Shown: piece after piece, positions 37,515 through 47,836 of the stretch | How the letters are laid out: every line of letters begins with the position of its first letter | Position numbering within the stretch: position 1 is the first letter of the stretch | Source: a virus | Reading direction: 5' to 3' (one strand) | Length of the DNA stretch: 64,000 nt | IMG/VR virus record: IMGVR_UViG_3300028908_000008 | Span: 5,264-69,263 of that record | Position numbers and translations under genes: made by a program | Notes under the pieces: generated by a model | The model's database searches: none | The model's input: the letters and a program-made list of their open reading frames with translations, nothing else | What the model was told of the DNA's origin: nothing

Positions 37515-40211
37515 TCAAGTTTTTACAGCAGGGTTACCAAGGTTAACATGTGTCCATGTACCGCTAGATAATTTAATTTCACTTTGTCCATCATACGAGC
37601 CCGTGTCATTATCTGCACATTGATATAGTATTACACCTTCCACATGATTCCAACAATCATCATCACCCCAATTTTCCATAAATACTTGATCTAATGATAA
37701 AATTTTATCATCAGTGTCTGGGAAATATTCTCTAAATACAGCTTCAATATCCAATTTAAACGCATGAAAATCCCCATCTGCTAGTTCAGGGGCATGTGTT
37801 GTAGAGTATATATATCTCCCCCAGCTACTCTCCCAGATACCATTTTCTTTGTCACTTACACTATCTGAGAAAAACCCTCGTTGTTGTCTTGAGTAGCTAT
37901 TATCTGCCCACACATCTAGTTTACTTGAAGTGATAGGGATAGAAGTTAATCCTATATGAATATCTTGTGTCGTGCCATCTACAATACAAGAACATCTACA
38001 CTCTAACTTAATAGTCTTACCACTGTTACCATAACTAATCCATTGAATAACTCTTAAATCAGACCCCATATCTGAACCGTCTACAGATAAGTAGTTTTTA
38101 CCATTATCTTGTCTAAATAGATAATTATTATTACTATATTCCCTAATGCTTAACTGTTCCCCGCTAATATGAGTAACACCTGCTAAACTCTCCCCATCTG
38201 CTATCTCTAGTTTTTGATCGCATGAAGATACTTTATTAACAGTTATCATACCCGTTTTAATAGGGCTTGTTTTACCTTTACTATCTCTACACTTGTAAGC
38301 AAAATTATCTGAACCATCGTACCCCTTAGTTGGCGTATATTTAAAAGTTCCTGCACTTTCACTAATTGGAGTAATTACGCCATGTGATGGTTCGGTAGTA
38401 ATAGTAACAGTAGTATCATCGCCATCTGCATCGGTACAAGTTAAAGTAAATGCGTTATCTTTAGTGTCTTGATCGACAACAATAGTACCATGGTCATTTG
38501 CTACTGGAGCCTTATTTAATGGTTCGCAATTTAAATCTATAGTTGTAGAGGTTCCATCCTCTTTAGTTATTTTTAGTTGACACTTGTCTGCAACATTCTC
38601 TATCGTCTTTACATTCTTTTTTACTCTAGCATCTATTTTGTCTTGTTCATCTTTTAAAACTTTTCCTTGATTAGCACTTAATGCCGAAGTAGTTGAAGTA
38701 CTAGTAAGATTATTTACTATAGTTGTTGAACTACCTCCAGCTTTTAACTTCACCCATTTACTATCACTTTTATCCCATATATAACGCTCTACATCTGTAC
38801 CGTTTGTATCTACATCGGCGTAATCACCTTCACTATTACCCGTGGTTGGTAGATCGCTTTCTGCTCCATACATTCCCCTAAAGTGCGTTTCATCTAAATT
38901 TAAAGTGTAATTAGTTCCATCTACTAAAGTAACTTTTACATCACTACTCCCCGCTACTACTTCAAGCTTCTTGATTAAAGTATCTTGAACATCTTTTAAA
39001 GTCTTTCCTTGTTTAGCACTTAATGCTTTGTCTGTATCACTAGAAGTAAGATTGTCTACAACTTCAACCTTTGGTAATGTAACTGTTGTATCGGCTGAAC
39101 CGTCCGTATAACTGATAGTTAGTGTACTATCTTTCAAAGTTATGTTTTTTACAGCCTTTCCACTACTTCCACCACTTTTACAACAATCAGTTAAAGTAAT
39201 CTTGCTCCCATCATCATATTCAACAACAATATCATCGCCGCTTTTAGTCACGCTTTTTACCATGTTTTTCTCCAAAATATTTATTTTTTTATTAGTACCG
39301 TCTGCATAAGTAGCCGTTAAATCTCCCGTTGTCTTGTCAAAACTTAAATCTGTTATATAGTTTTTACAAGTGCAAGGGATATCGAACTTACTTGTAGTAC
39401 CATCAGTATAAGTTATTTCTACTTTATCCCCTGATATAGTTGTAGACTTTACTACTTTAGGTAGTGCTAATTCTAAAGTAGTGTCATCACTATATGTGAG
39501 TTTTAGCTTATTATTAGCTTCGTCTACAGATACATTTTTTACAACAGTTCCAACAGTTGCACCTGTTGCTACATCTATATCACTATAAGCACCATCGCAC
39601 TTAGTTACTCTTAGTTTGCCATCTACTAAAGCAACAGAGTTAACACCTTCACTACAAGAATTATTACCACCACCTCCACCACTAGGTAGGCTTGTTTTAG
39701 CTACTGTATTATCTGTATAAGTTACTTCTAATACTTCACCTTTTAGTTTTACATCTTTAACAGTTTTGGTATTACTTCCACCACTACCAGTATTAATTTG
39801 TTTAGTAGTTCCATCTGTATAAGTAATAGTAGTCGTGCCATTGCTTGTTACTAAATCTTCTACTACTTTATCATCACTACCACACCCACTTAATTGAATC
39901 TCTTGAGTAGTATTATCGCTTTTTGTTAGCTTTAACTTACAGCCACTTAGAGCTTCAAGACTTTTAATGCCCGTACCACCACTAGACGGTATTGCTAAAG
40001 TTTCACTTGTACCATCTGTATATAGTATCTTTAGTTTGTCTCCATCAAGTTGTATAGCACGAACTCTTTTCTCGTTAGTACCTCCATTTATTTCATTGTC
40101 TAACTCTTCAAAATATCGTTTCAAGTCAAGATGATATTGTTGTTGTGCTTCACACCTCTCTTGTGCCGTCATTAGACTCGCACAATTAGGGTGATTTGGA
40201 AAATCTGCCAT
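37515..40211 (-). CDS. Fibre / receptor-binding protein A (long form)
   Basis: Repeated L.I.YTDGT beta-hairpin units, shared middle, Ig-like domain, own tip; ATG 40211 with AAGGA RBS. Confidence 0.8.
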   Translation of the reverse strand: MADFPNHPNCASLMTAQERCEAQQQYHLDLKRYFEELDNEINGGTNEKRVRAIQLDGDKLKILYTDGTSETLAIPSSGGTGIKSLEALSGCKLKLTKSDNTTQEIQLSGCGSDDKVVEDLVTSNGTTTITYTDGTTKQINTGSGGSNTKTVKDVKLKGEVLEVTYTDNTVAKTSLPSGGGGGNNSCSEGVNSVALVDGKLRVTKCDGAYSDIDVATGATVGTVVKNVSVDEANNKLKLTYSDDTTLELALPKVVKSTTISGDKVEITYTDGTTSKFDIPCTCKNYITDLSFDKTTGDLTATYADGTNKKINILEKNMVKSVTKSGDDIVVEYDDGSKITLTDCCKSGGSSGKAVKNITLKDSTLTISYTDGSADTTVTLPKVEVVDNLTSSDTDKALSAKQGKTLKDVQDTLIKKLEVVAGSSDVKVTLVDGTNYTLNLDETHFRGMYGAESDLPTTGNSEGDYADVDTNGTDVERYIWDKSDSKWVKLKAGGSSTTIVNNLTSTSTTSALSANQGKVLKDEQDKIDARVKKNVKTIENVADKCQLKITKEDGTSTTIDLNCEPLNKAPVANDHGTIVVDQDTKDNAFTLTCTDADGDDTTVTITTEPSHGVITPISESAGTFKYTPTKGYDGSDNFAYKCRDSKGKTSPIKTGMITVNKVSSCDQKLEIADGESLAGVTHISGEQLSIREYSNNNYLFRQDNGKNYLSVDGSDMGSDLRVIQWISYGNSGKTIKLECRCSCIVDGTTQDIHIGLTSIPITSSKLDVWADNSYSRQQRGFFSDSVSDKENGIWESSWGRYIYSTTHAPELADGDFHAFKLDIEAVFREYFPDTDDKILSLDQVFMENWGDDDCWNHVEGVILYQCADNDTGSYDGQSEIKLSSGTWTHVNLGNPAVKT
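38221..39273. repeat. 1053-bp direct repeat, copy A
   Basis: Near-identical to 36459-37511. Confidence 0.95.
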
Positions 40212-40353
40212 TTGAGTCGTCCTTATCTTTTTTGAAAAGTATATCAAATTCGTGAAACTCTAAAATTAATACAAGTTTAAGATTAAATTCACTATACTAC
40301 CGTATATATAAAAAAGATAGTTTATATATAACTTAAATAAATAAAGGATTATT

Positions 40354-41433
40354 ATGAGTGAAGAATTAGCACATGCTAGATTGTCGCCATCAGCCTCGAG
40401 CAGGTGGCTAAAATGTACGGCATCGGTAGCACTTGAAGCCGATTATGATGACACTGATAGTGATGTGTCAGTGAGAGGTACGAACATTCACACACTGGCA
40501 GAAATGATACACAAAAACATGAACATTAATGTAGTTGATTTCGAGTATGATGATGATATGCTCACTGAAGCTAAAAACTTCAATGAGTATTGTGATGGAA
40601 TAAAGGGTGAAACCTTTATGGAGAAGGTGGAGTTAAGAGTTAGTATCCCAATAGGTGATAATAGTTTTGGAACTGTTGATTATGTAGCAATTAAAAAGCA
40701 TAAAGGTAAAATCGTTTTACATATAGTTGATTTAAAAACGGGTATAGTTGCAGTTGAGGCAAAAGATAATACTCAATTATCACTATATGCTTTAGGAGCT
40801 ATATCTACTTTTGAACAATATAGAATTGATAAAGTAGTTTTGCACATAGTGCAAGACAATGCGAGTGTGCAAAATACAAATAAATCAAAAATGAAAATGA
40901 AGAAATTAAAAGAGTTTAAAAAGTTTGCTACTAAACAAGCGGGTAATCATTGTAATTACTGCAAACATAAAGTAAACTGTACTACTGTATTAGCACAATT
41001 CAAAGAATTTGAACTAAATAGTCTTGATGAAGAACTACAAGTAAAGCTAATTCAAAACAAATTGGCTTTTACGAACTATATCAAAGATATAGAAGCTAAG
41101 TTTCAAGAAAGACTTGAAAATGGTGAAACTATCAAAGGCTTAAAGCTAGTTAAAAAAAGGAGTATTAAAAAATGGAGTGATGAAAAAGAAGTGAAAAAAG
41201 AATTTGGTAAATTATTACCAAAAAGTGAGCTGTATGTGAAGAAAATGATTTCACCAACTCAATTAAAATCAAAGTTAAAATTAAATCTTAAGAGTGCAGA
41301 TAAAGCACTCTTATCAAAACTTAATAATTTACTTGTTACTCCACCTACGGTTCTAACGGTAGTAGGTGAAAGTGATAGAAGAACCGCTGTACAACCAATG
41401 CTAATGGTTGATGAAGAAATTGAAACAAAATAG
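40354..41433 (+). CDS. DUF2800 / Cas4-like PD-(D/E)xK exonuclease
   Basis: HARLSPS.S.RWLKC, GT.IH, FGTVD, IVDLKTG, QLSLYA, CNYC...C. Confidence 0.88.
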   Translation: MSEELAHARLSPSASSRWLKCTASVALEADYDDTDSDVSVRGTNIHTLAEMIHKNMNINVVDFEYDDDMLTEAKNFNEYCDGIKGETFMEKVELRVSIPIGDNSFGTVDYVAIKKHKGKIVLHIVDLKTGIVAVEAKDNTQLSLYALGAISTFEQYRIDKVVLHIVQDNASVQNTNKSKMKMKKLKEFKKFATKQAGNHCNYCKHKVNCTTVLAQFKEFELNSLDEELQVKLIQNKLAFTNYIKDIEAKFQERLENGETIKGLKLVKKRSIKKWSDEKEVKKEFGKLLPKSELYVKKMISPTQLKSKLKLNLKSADKALLSKLNNLLVTPPTVLTVVGESDRRTAVQPMLMVDEEIETK

Positions 41434-41444
41434 AAGGACAAATA

Positions 41445-42143
41445 ATGGCAAATGATAAAGAAAACAAAGTATATAAAATACAAGGTACTATAGGTTTTAG
41501 AAATTTAACTACTCCATCAGCTCCAAAAGATGACAAGTTGACTAAAGAGGAGTTGGCAGAAAGAGCAAAGTATAATGTGGTTATATTAATTGATGATAAG
41601 AAGCCAAGAGATTTGAAAGATTTAGAAAAAGAGTTTCTAAAACTAAAGAAGAAAAAGAAGATAAGAGGTGATCTTCCAAAAAAAGACACACCTTTTTATA
41701 AGGGTTTACAAGACCCTAATATAGATGAGGATGGTGATTTAGTTAATAGATTTTTTCTAAAGGCATCTAGCAAGTTTAGTCCAAAAGCAGGTTATATAAA
41801 GGGTGGTAAATGGCACTCTGTAGATATAGAGGATCAAGATGCACTTTTTACACAAGGTAGTAAGGTGGTTATCTATGTGACCCTATGGTCTGCAAAGGAT
41901 CATGATGTGATCGGTGCTAATCTAAACGCTATTCAATTTCTATCAGCCGAAGGGGAAGCATGGGTTAAAGGTCATGCTCAAATTTCAGACGACGAAATGA
42001 TTGATGAAGATGCTGATATTGATGAAGATGATATTATAAATAATAAATCTAAAAAATCGGATAGTGAAAAACCTAAAAAAGATAAGAAGTCTAAAAAAGA
42101 CAAAAAGGATAAGAAGGCTAAGAAGGATAAAAAGAAAAAATAG
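41445..42143 (+). CDS. ssDNA-binding protein (DUF2815 / gp2.5-like) with an acidic then Lys-rich tail
   Basis: KYNVVILI, FLKASSK, GANLNAIQF; position between the nuclease and the polymerase. Confidence 0.75.
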   Translation: MANDKENKVYKIQGTIGFRNLTTPSAPKDDKLTKEELAERAKYNVVILIDDKKPRDLKDLEKEFLKLKKKKKIRGDLPKKDTPFYKGLQDPNIDEDGDLVNRFFLKASSKFSPKAGYIKGGKWHSVDIEDQDALFTQGSKVVIYVTLWSAKDHDVIGANLNAIQFLSAEGEAWVKGHAQISDDEMIDEDADIDEDDIINNKSKKSDSEKPKKDKKSKKDKKDKKAKKDKKKK

Positions 42144-42201
42144 AGAGGGGTTTTAGCCTCTCTCACCCTCCACACACTCCCACAAAAAATAAAATCAAGG
42201 A

Positions 42202-44259
42202 TTGAAAATGTTTGAAAAGTCCGATGTATCATTTGATATCGAAATGTATCAAAATTACTTCTTAGTAGGTTTTCAAGATGTAGTTACTAAAAACTATAAG
42301 CAGTTTGAAGTAAAAAAATCTTCAAAAGCACTAACTAAAAAACAGATAAGTGAAATAAAAAACATTATTAGCAAAAATAGATTAATAGGTTTTAATTGCA
42401 TAAAATATGATATACCGATATTACTACTCGCTTTAGAGGGTAGAGATGTTAAATATCTCTATAACGCTAGTACGCTTATTATCAAAGAGAATTTTAGTAT
42501 ATATAAAACTTCTCAAATGTATGACTTAGATCGAGAGTTAAAGCAAGTGAATCAAGTAGATTTATCTACAATCGACATTGCAAGAGGGGCGTTTATAAGC
42601 CTTAAACAATATGGAGCAAGGATTAATGCTCCTACTATCCAAGATTTACCTATAAAATGGGATTCAAAACTCTCTAAAGAGGACATGAAAGAGATAAAAA
42701 CATATAATCTAAATGATTTAGACTTAACTACTCAATTATATGAGTATGGGAAAGCAAATATAGAACTAAGGGAGTTTTTATCGAAAAAATATGAAGTGAA
42801 TCTAACAAGTTCACAAGGTGCAAAAATTGCAGAAACTATTATTAGTAGTGAATTTGCAAAAAGAGGCAAGTATCTGAAGCGGTCGGAATTAGAAGCAGGG
42901 GAAGAGATTAGATATAAAGCTCCTAAACATATAAAGTTTAGAGATAAATCCCTAAAACAACTATTGAAGAACTTTAAAAATACACCCCTGATAATAAATG
43001 AATCGGGAAATATAATTAAACCTGATTTTTTAAAAGACCCTATAACAGTGAACAAAACCTCTTATACTGTAGGACTAGGTGGATTACACGCTATTATTAA
43101 AAATAAAGGAATAGTTCCGAAAAAAGATGAGGTTCTAAATCAGCCCGATGTTGGGAGTTATTATCCAAGTATGATACTAGCTTATGGCTTTAAAGCTAAG
43201 GGCATGGGAGAACTTTTCGATAAGATTTATAGAGGTTTGGTTGCAGATAGGTTTAAATGGAAAGTGTTAGATTCCAAACTAAAACACCTCAAAAATGATG
43301 ATTGGAAAACTGCTATGTTAAACAATAACGGTTTGAAACTAGTGCTAAATGCACTTTTTGGTACTTATGGAAATAAATGGTTTAAAACTTATGCTCCTGA
43401 TTTGTTAATTCAAATAACTATTACTGGTCAGCTTAATTTGTTAATGCTTATTGAATGGTTAGAAGATGCAGGGATAAAAGTAAAAAGTGCTAATACCGAT
43501 TCAGTTTTAATACTTCACAAGAAAAAAGATTCTAAAAAAGCTAAAAAAATACTAAAGAAATGGGAGAAGGTTACTTCTATGAGTTTAGAAGATGATTATA
43601 TTGATGCCTTTTTTGCAAGAGATATAAATTCTTATATGTACACTAAAAAGGGTGGCTATGATGGTATAGCATACTTCAAAAAATTCAAAGATGTATCCAA
43701 AAATCTTGAATACCCAATAGTATATAAGGCTATAGGTGATTTTATATCCAAAGATATCCCAATAGAAGAGACTATCGGTGAATGTAACGATATAACAGAG
43801 TTTGTATCCACTAGAAAAAGCACTACTGGAGCGACTTACAAAGGTAACTTAATAGGTAAAGCTTTAAGATTCTATTATTGCGATGATGATGATGCACTAT
43901 TTAACATTATAACTGATGAGAAAATAGAAAACTACAATGAACGATATAGTATTTATGAAGAAAAATTAAAAATCTATAATGATGAAGTTTCTAAATGGGA
44001 AGAAGCTCTATTAAAATGGAAAGAAACTAAAGAGGGTAAAAGACCTCTTAAGCCTAAAAAAATATATCCTCCAACAAAACCAAATGAAACAAAAGTATCA
44101 AAATCAGACTTTGCTTATCCATGTTTGAAATTACCTCATAATATCCCTGAAAATTTAGATAGAGAATTTTATGTAAAACTAGCATATAAGCATATTAAAG
44201 AGATTGGATGGACTAAAAAACTACAAAAGAGGATCATTAAAAATGCTCAAAAAAAGTAA
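42202..44259 (+). CDS. Family B DNA polymerase with 3'-5' exonuclease
   Basis: ExoI FDIE, ExoII GFNCIKYD, ExoIII YNLND; motif A DVGSYYPS, B KLVLNALFG, C ANTDS. Confidence 0.93.
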   Translation: MKMFEKSDVSFDIEMYQNYFLVGFQDVVTKNYKQFEVKKSSKALTKKQISEIKNIISKNRLIGFNCIKYDIPILLLALEGRDVKYLYNASTLIIKENFSIYKTSQMYDLDRELKQVNQVDLSTIDIARGAFISLKQYGARINAPTIQDLPIKWDSKLSKEDMKEIKTYNLNDLDLTTQLYEYGKANIELREFLSKKYEVNLTSSQGAKIAETIISSEFAKRGKYLKRSELEAGEEIRYKAPKHIKFRDKSLKQLLKNFKNTPLIINESGNIIKPDFLKDPITVNKTSYTVGLGGLHAIIKNKGIVPKKDEVLNQPDVGSYYPSMILAYGFKAKGMGELFDKIYRGLVADRFKWKVLDSKLKHLKNDDWKTAMLNNNGLKLVLNALFGTYGNKWFKTYAPDLLIQITITGQLNLLMLIEWLEDAGIKVKSANTDSVLILHKKKDSKKAKKILKKWEKVTSMSLEDDYIDAFFARDINSYMYTKKGGYDGIAYFKKFKDVSKNLEYPIVYKAIGDFISKDIPIEETIGECNDITEFVSTRKSTTGATYKGNLIGKALRFYYCDDDDALFNIITDEKIENYNERYSIYEEKLKIYNDEVSKWEEALLKWKETKEGKRPLKPKKIYPPTKPNETKVSKSDFAYPCLKLPHNIPENLDREFYVKLAYKHIKEIGWTKKLQKRIIKNAQKK

Positions 44260-45586
44260 TTTATATGATTATCAAAAGAAAAGCGTTAAGTTTATCCTAA
44301 AAAACAAATCAGCTTTTATGCTTTTAGGGTTATCTTTAGGTAAGACAATAATATCTTTAACTGCTATTGCTAAACTTATCAAGAAGAAAAAAGTTAAAAA
44401 GGTGCTTATATTAGCACCTTTGAGGGTGGCACAATCTGTATGGGATAAAGAACTATCAAATTGGGAACACTTGCAAGATTTAACACTTTCAAAAATGTTA
44501 GGCACTCCTAAAAAGCGACTAGAAGCACTAAATAGCGATTCAGATATCTATATTACAAATATAGAAAATACCGTCTGGTTGTTCAAACAAAAAGAGTCAA
44601 GTAAATTTGATATGATTGTAATAGATGAAAGCTCTACATTTAAAAGCTATAAATCAGCACGGTTCAAAGCACTAAAAAAACTTATTGATTTAGATCAATT
44701 TAAAAGAAAAGTATTACTAACTGGTACACCTGCTAGTAAAGACATTCAGGACTTATTCCCTCAATTATATATCTTAGACAAAGGTGAAAGACTAGGACGA
44801 TTTATAACTCATTTTAGAAATAGATATATGAGTGAAAATCGCTACGGGTTTGGATATACAGAGAAAAAAGATAGTAGAAAAAAGATATTTAAAAAGATTC
44901 AAGATGTGACTTTATCCCTAAGAACAGAGGACTTACTGGATTTACCTCGAAAAGTTTATAATATTTTAGAAACTGTAACTTTGCAAGGAGATTTACTTAA
45001 GCAATATAAAGTTTTTGAAAAAGAATTTATATTAGAGTATGGTGAGGATATAGATGATAGTATTGTAGCGTCTACAAAAGTAGCATTGAATATGAAATTA
45101 GCTCAATTTTGTTCAGGAGCTATATATAAAGACACAAACATCAATACAGATTATGAAGTATTTCATGAGTTAAAGTTTGATGTATTTGATGAAATACTAG
45201 AACAGCATGAAGGTGAAAACATACTACTTGCATATAATTTTAAACATGAACTAGATCGTATATTAAAGCGATATCCTCAAGCAGTAGCGTTTAATGATAA
45301 AAGTGTAGATGAATGGAATGGAGGGAAGATTAAAATATTGTGTATCCATCCTGCAAGTGCTTCACATGGTATTAATCTCCAACATGGTGGTAGGATTCTC
45401 GTCTGGTTATCGCCAACTTATGACTTGGAAAGACATTTGCAACTAGAAGGTAGGATATCAAGGATAGGACAAAAACATACAACACTTTATTATAATATTG
45501 TTTTAGGCGGTATAGAGAGAGAAATAGCAAAGAAGAGAAATAAAAAAGATGTTAAACAAGTGAAACTACTTAAGAAACTAAGATAA
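44243..45586 (+). CDS. SNF2-family (SF2) helicase
   Basis: LYDYQ, LSLGKT, IDES, LTGTP, HGINLQ, GRISRIGQ. Confidence 0.92.
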   Translation: MLKKSNLYDYQKKSVKFILKNKSAFMLLGLSLGKTIISLTAIAKLIKKKKVKKVLILAPLRVAQSVWDKELSNWEHLQDLTLSKMLGTPKKRLEALNSDSDIYITNIENTVWLFKQKESSKFDMIVIDESSTFKSYKSARFKALKKLIDLDQFKRKVLLTGTPASKDIQDLFPQLYILDKGERLGRFITHFRNRYMSENRYGFGYTEKKDSRKKIFKKIQDVTLSLRTEDLLDLPRKVYNILETVTLQGDLLKQYKVFEKEFILEYGEDIDDSIVASTKVALNMKLAQFCSGAIYKDTNINTDYEVFHELKFDVFDEILEQHEGENILLAYNFKHELDRILKRYPQAVAFNDKSVDEWNGGKIKILCIHPASASHGINLQHGGRILVWLSPTYDLERHLQLEGRISRIGQKHTTLYYNIVLGGIEREIAKKRNKKDVKQVKLLKKLR

Positions 45587-45589
45587 TCA

Positions 45590-45632
45590 CAAAGTTATTC
45601 ACATTTCAAATTTAAGAATGTGAATAACTTTT
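45590..45632. terminator. Hairpin AAAGTTATTCACATT...AATGTGAATAACTTT
   Basis: 15-bp stem directly after the SNF2 stop, between convergent operons. Confidence 0.65.
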
Positions 45633-45749
45633 AAATTAATGTGAAAAGCCTCATAGCGTCCACACAATCCCCTTAAAACGCTCATAACTATTTAATCAAT
45701 GAAACACAAAGCCCACTCAATTAAAAACGCTCTAAATGGCTGTAGGAAC

Positions 45750-45971
45750 TTAAACCTTACTTAATCCAAACTCTTTGGGTGAGATATAAAAATCACACAA
45801 ATAGATACAATCGTTTTCATCGTACTCGGCTTCAAAACATGCATAACTTAATCGCTTTGTAGTTTTAGGGATTTTTGATCGCATACAATCTACAAAAGTA
45901 CATTTTTCACTCTCGCAAAAAGTATAATCTAATGGCAAATATATACTTGCACTTTTAAATTCTAAACTCAT
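45750..45971 (-). CDS. small Cys-rich protein
   Basis: DYTFC...C...C.R pattern. Confidence 0.65.
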   Translation of the reverse strand: MSLEFKSASIYLPLDYTFCESEKCTFVDCMRSKIPKTTKRLSYACFEAEYDENDCIYLCDFYISPKEFGLSKV

Positions 45972-46756
45972 TTTAACCTCTCCAATCTATTAGCCCAACC
46001 ACTCTTATTTTCAAGATACCGATCAGGATTCAATCTTATTAAATTAGCGTAATGCTTCTCCATTCTACTAATCAATTCTTTATTTAAAAACTCATCATCT
46101 AAATCATATTGCTCTAATGCAAGAAAAGTTTTCTCTCCTGCATATCCATCTAATTTTAAATTAGCACCAGCTTCATTTAGAATCTCTTGAATAAAGATAC
46201 TAAACCTTCCAAAACCCCCATTAACTGCTATACTAAAAGCACTTAAAGAGGATTTTTTACCAAACAAGTACAATCTTAGAGGATTAAAAAACTCTATCTC
46301 ATAAAAATCCCGTGCTATTTTTCTATATTCTTCATCGTGATACGATCTGATAATCTCTGTAAGGTATATTCTAGTTGATTTATTATCTCGTAAATCATAA
46401 TCAATAAGGTGAGCATTGTTAGCCACACCATCCAACCAATTCCAACCACTAAAAATAGGGTGTGCGTAACGATAAATACCGAAAAAAGCTGTAATATCTC
46501 TCTCGCCCTTAAGAAAATGTACTTCATAACCTTCTTCGTCCTCCAAATATTGCATCAGTAGAGTTAATAAAGTATCTCTATCTATAAATCTTTTTGTAAG
46601 AGGTGTTTTAACCTCAACTTTTTCGATCGGTATCGTTTTAGCGATAGGCAATGAGCCAAAATCATCGCTAGGTTTCAAAAATGCTTTAGGTTCATTATCT
46701 TTACAATCATTAAAGGACTTAAAAAATCCCTCTATTATCTTTTTGAAAATGTTCAT
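45968..46756 (-). CDS. Endolysin, glycoside hydrolase 108-like with a peptidoglycan-binding C-terminus
   Basis: EEGY...ERDIT.FGI catalytic region; LDG..G.KT; GWANRL. Confidence 0.8.
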   Translation of the reverse strand: MNIFKKIIEGFFKSFNDCKDNEPKAFLKPSDDFGSLPIAKTIPIEKVEVKTPLTKRFIDRDTLLTLLMQYLEDEEGYEVHFLKGERDITAFFGIYRYAHPIFSGWNWLDGVANNAHLIDYDLRDNKSTRIYLTEIIRSYHDEEYRKIARDFYEIEFFNPLRLYLFGKKSSLSAFSIAVNGGFGRFSIFIQEILNEAGANLKLDGYAGEKTFLALEQYDLDDEFLNKELISRMEKHYANLIRLNPDRYLENKSGWANRLERLK

Positions 46757-47004
46757 ATTTTTTTTACACTCCGTTTTCTAGTCTTGCTTAAAACTATCAC
46801 AAAACTTATAAAAATAGCAAGAGTAAATAAATAGTTTGCTACTTCTCTAAAACCTAATTGACTTATCAAACTACTAATAGCAATACTCCAAATTAGAATA
46901 AAGAGTGGTCTATTGATAGAAATAAATCTATATTTTAAAGTTAGAATAGCAATCAATATACTACTTACACTTAATATAAATGAGCTTAAATCATAATCTA
47001 TCAT
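46753..47004 (-). CDS. 3-TM membrane protein (holin / antiholin candidate)
   Basis: Three hydrophobic helices, basic C-terminus, next to the endolysin. Confidence 0.6.
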   Translation of the reverse strand: MIDYDLSSFILSVSSILIAILTLKYRFISINRPLFILIWSIAISSLISQLGFREVANYLFTLAIFISFVIVLSKTRKRSVKKI

Positions 47005-47375
47005 GAATCACCTCTTTTAAGATATCTTTGTCTTATTAAAAACATAATTGAACTTCCAATATCTTCGGCATAATAACTAAAAAACCCACTTATCCCTGCT
47101 GTTGCTATTATTGGATAAGCAGGGTAATAATAGCTAATTGTAAAAAATATAGTAGTCATTATTATAGACCCAAAGATTACCCGTCTTACTATTGTAGATA
47201 TTATTTTTCCGATTGTATATCCTTGAAGGTCGCCATGATAATATTCATGAGCAAATCCTGCTAATGATAAAATCGTACCAATCAACATTAATGCCAATAT
47301 TTTTTCATCTTCAAAGATTATGCCCATACCGCCCATCAGAGAGAGGGTGGAGCTTGTGTTTTCTAGTTTATTCAA
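47001..47375 (-). CDS. Holin-like multi-TM protein
   Basis: Three TM helices, upstream of the endolysin. Confidence 0.6.
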   Translation of the reverse strand: MNKLENTSSTLSLMGGMGIIFEDEKILALMLIGTILSLAGFAHEYYHGDLQGYTIGKIISTIVRRVIFGSIIMTTIFFTISYYYPAYPIIATAGISGFFSYYAEDIGSSIMFLIRQRYLKRGDS

Positions 47376-47392
47376 AGTTAAAAACTCTCTTT

Positions 47393-47836
47393 TTAGCTTA
47401 TATTAGCAAAATCCTTCAAATCAACATAAAAATCTATATCTAACATTGCCTCGTAAGCATCTTTATTTAGTTTTGCTTCTTTTAGTTTTTCACTTAACTC
47501 ATGATATTCTTGAAGGTAATTAACTAGTGGAGCATCTACAACTAAAACCTTTCCCTTGATTTCAATCAACTTCATTAATTGATCTTGCCTTCTAATGATC
47601 GACTTAATATCGCACTCTAGTTGCAAGATATGGAATTCACACACATCTACTTCATTTAATTTGATACCTAAATATTTCCCCATTTGTTCAGCCAGACAAG
47701 TGAGTGTGCTTAAATCCTTTACTTTGTTATTCGTGATTTTCTCTTTGATTTTCTCTTTGTGTTCTATACTTTTCATGATATTCCTTTTCATCTTTAATCG
47801 CTCTTTTAAGTGCTTGTTCAGTTCTATTTGTTTCAC
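47393..47836 (-). CDS. hypothetical protein (start uncertain)
   Basis: Overlaps the upstream ORF by up to 110 bp. Confidence 0.6.
   Translation of the reverse strand: MKQIELNKHLKERLKMKRNIMKSIEHKEKIKEKITNNKVKDLSTLTCLAEQMGKYLGIKLNEVDVCEFHILQLECDIKSIIRRQDQLMKLIEIKGKVLVVDAPLVNYLQEYHELSEKLKEAKLNKDAYEAMLDIDFYVDLKDFANIS

Noticed and set aside
35714-39273. Diversity-generating retroelement or invertase shufflon
   Set aside because: No reverse transcriptase or recombinase seen; repeats are direct, differences are not adenine-specific, and tips differ by indels
40354-41433. CRISPR-associated Cas4
   Set aside because: Context (SSB, polymerase, SNF2) is the usual phage DUF2800 replication module
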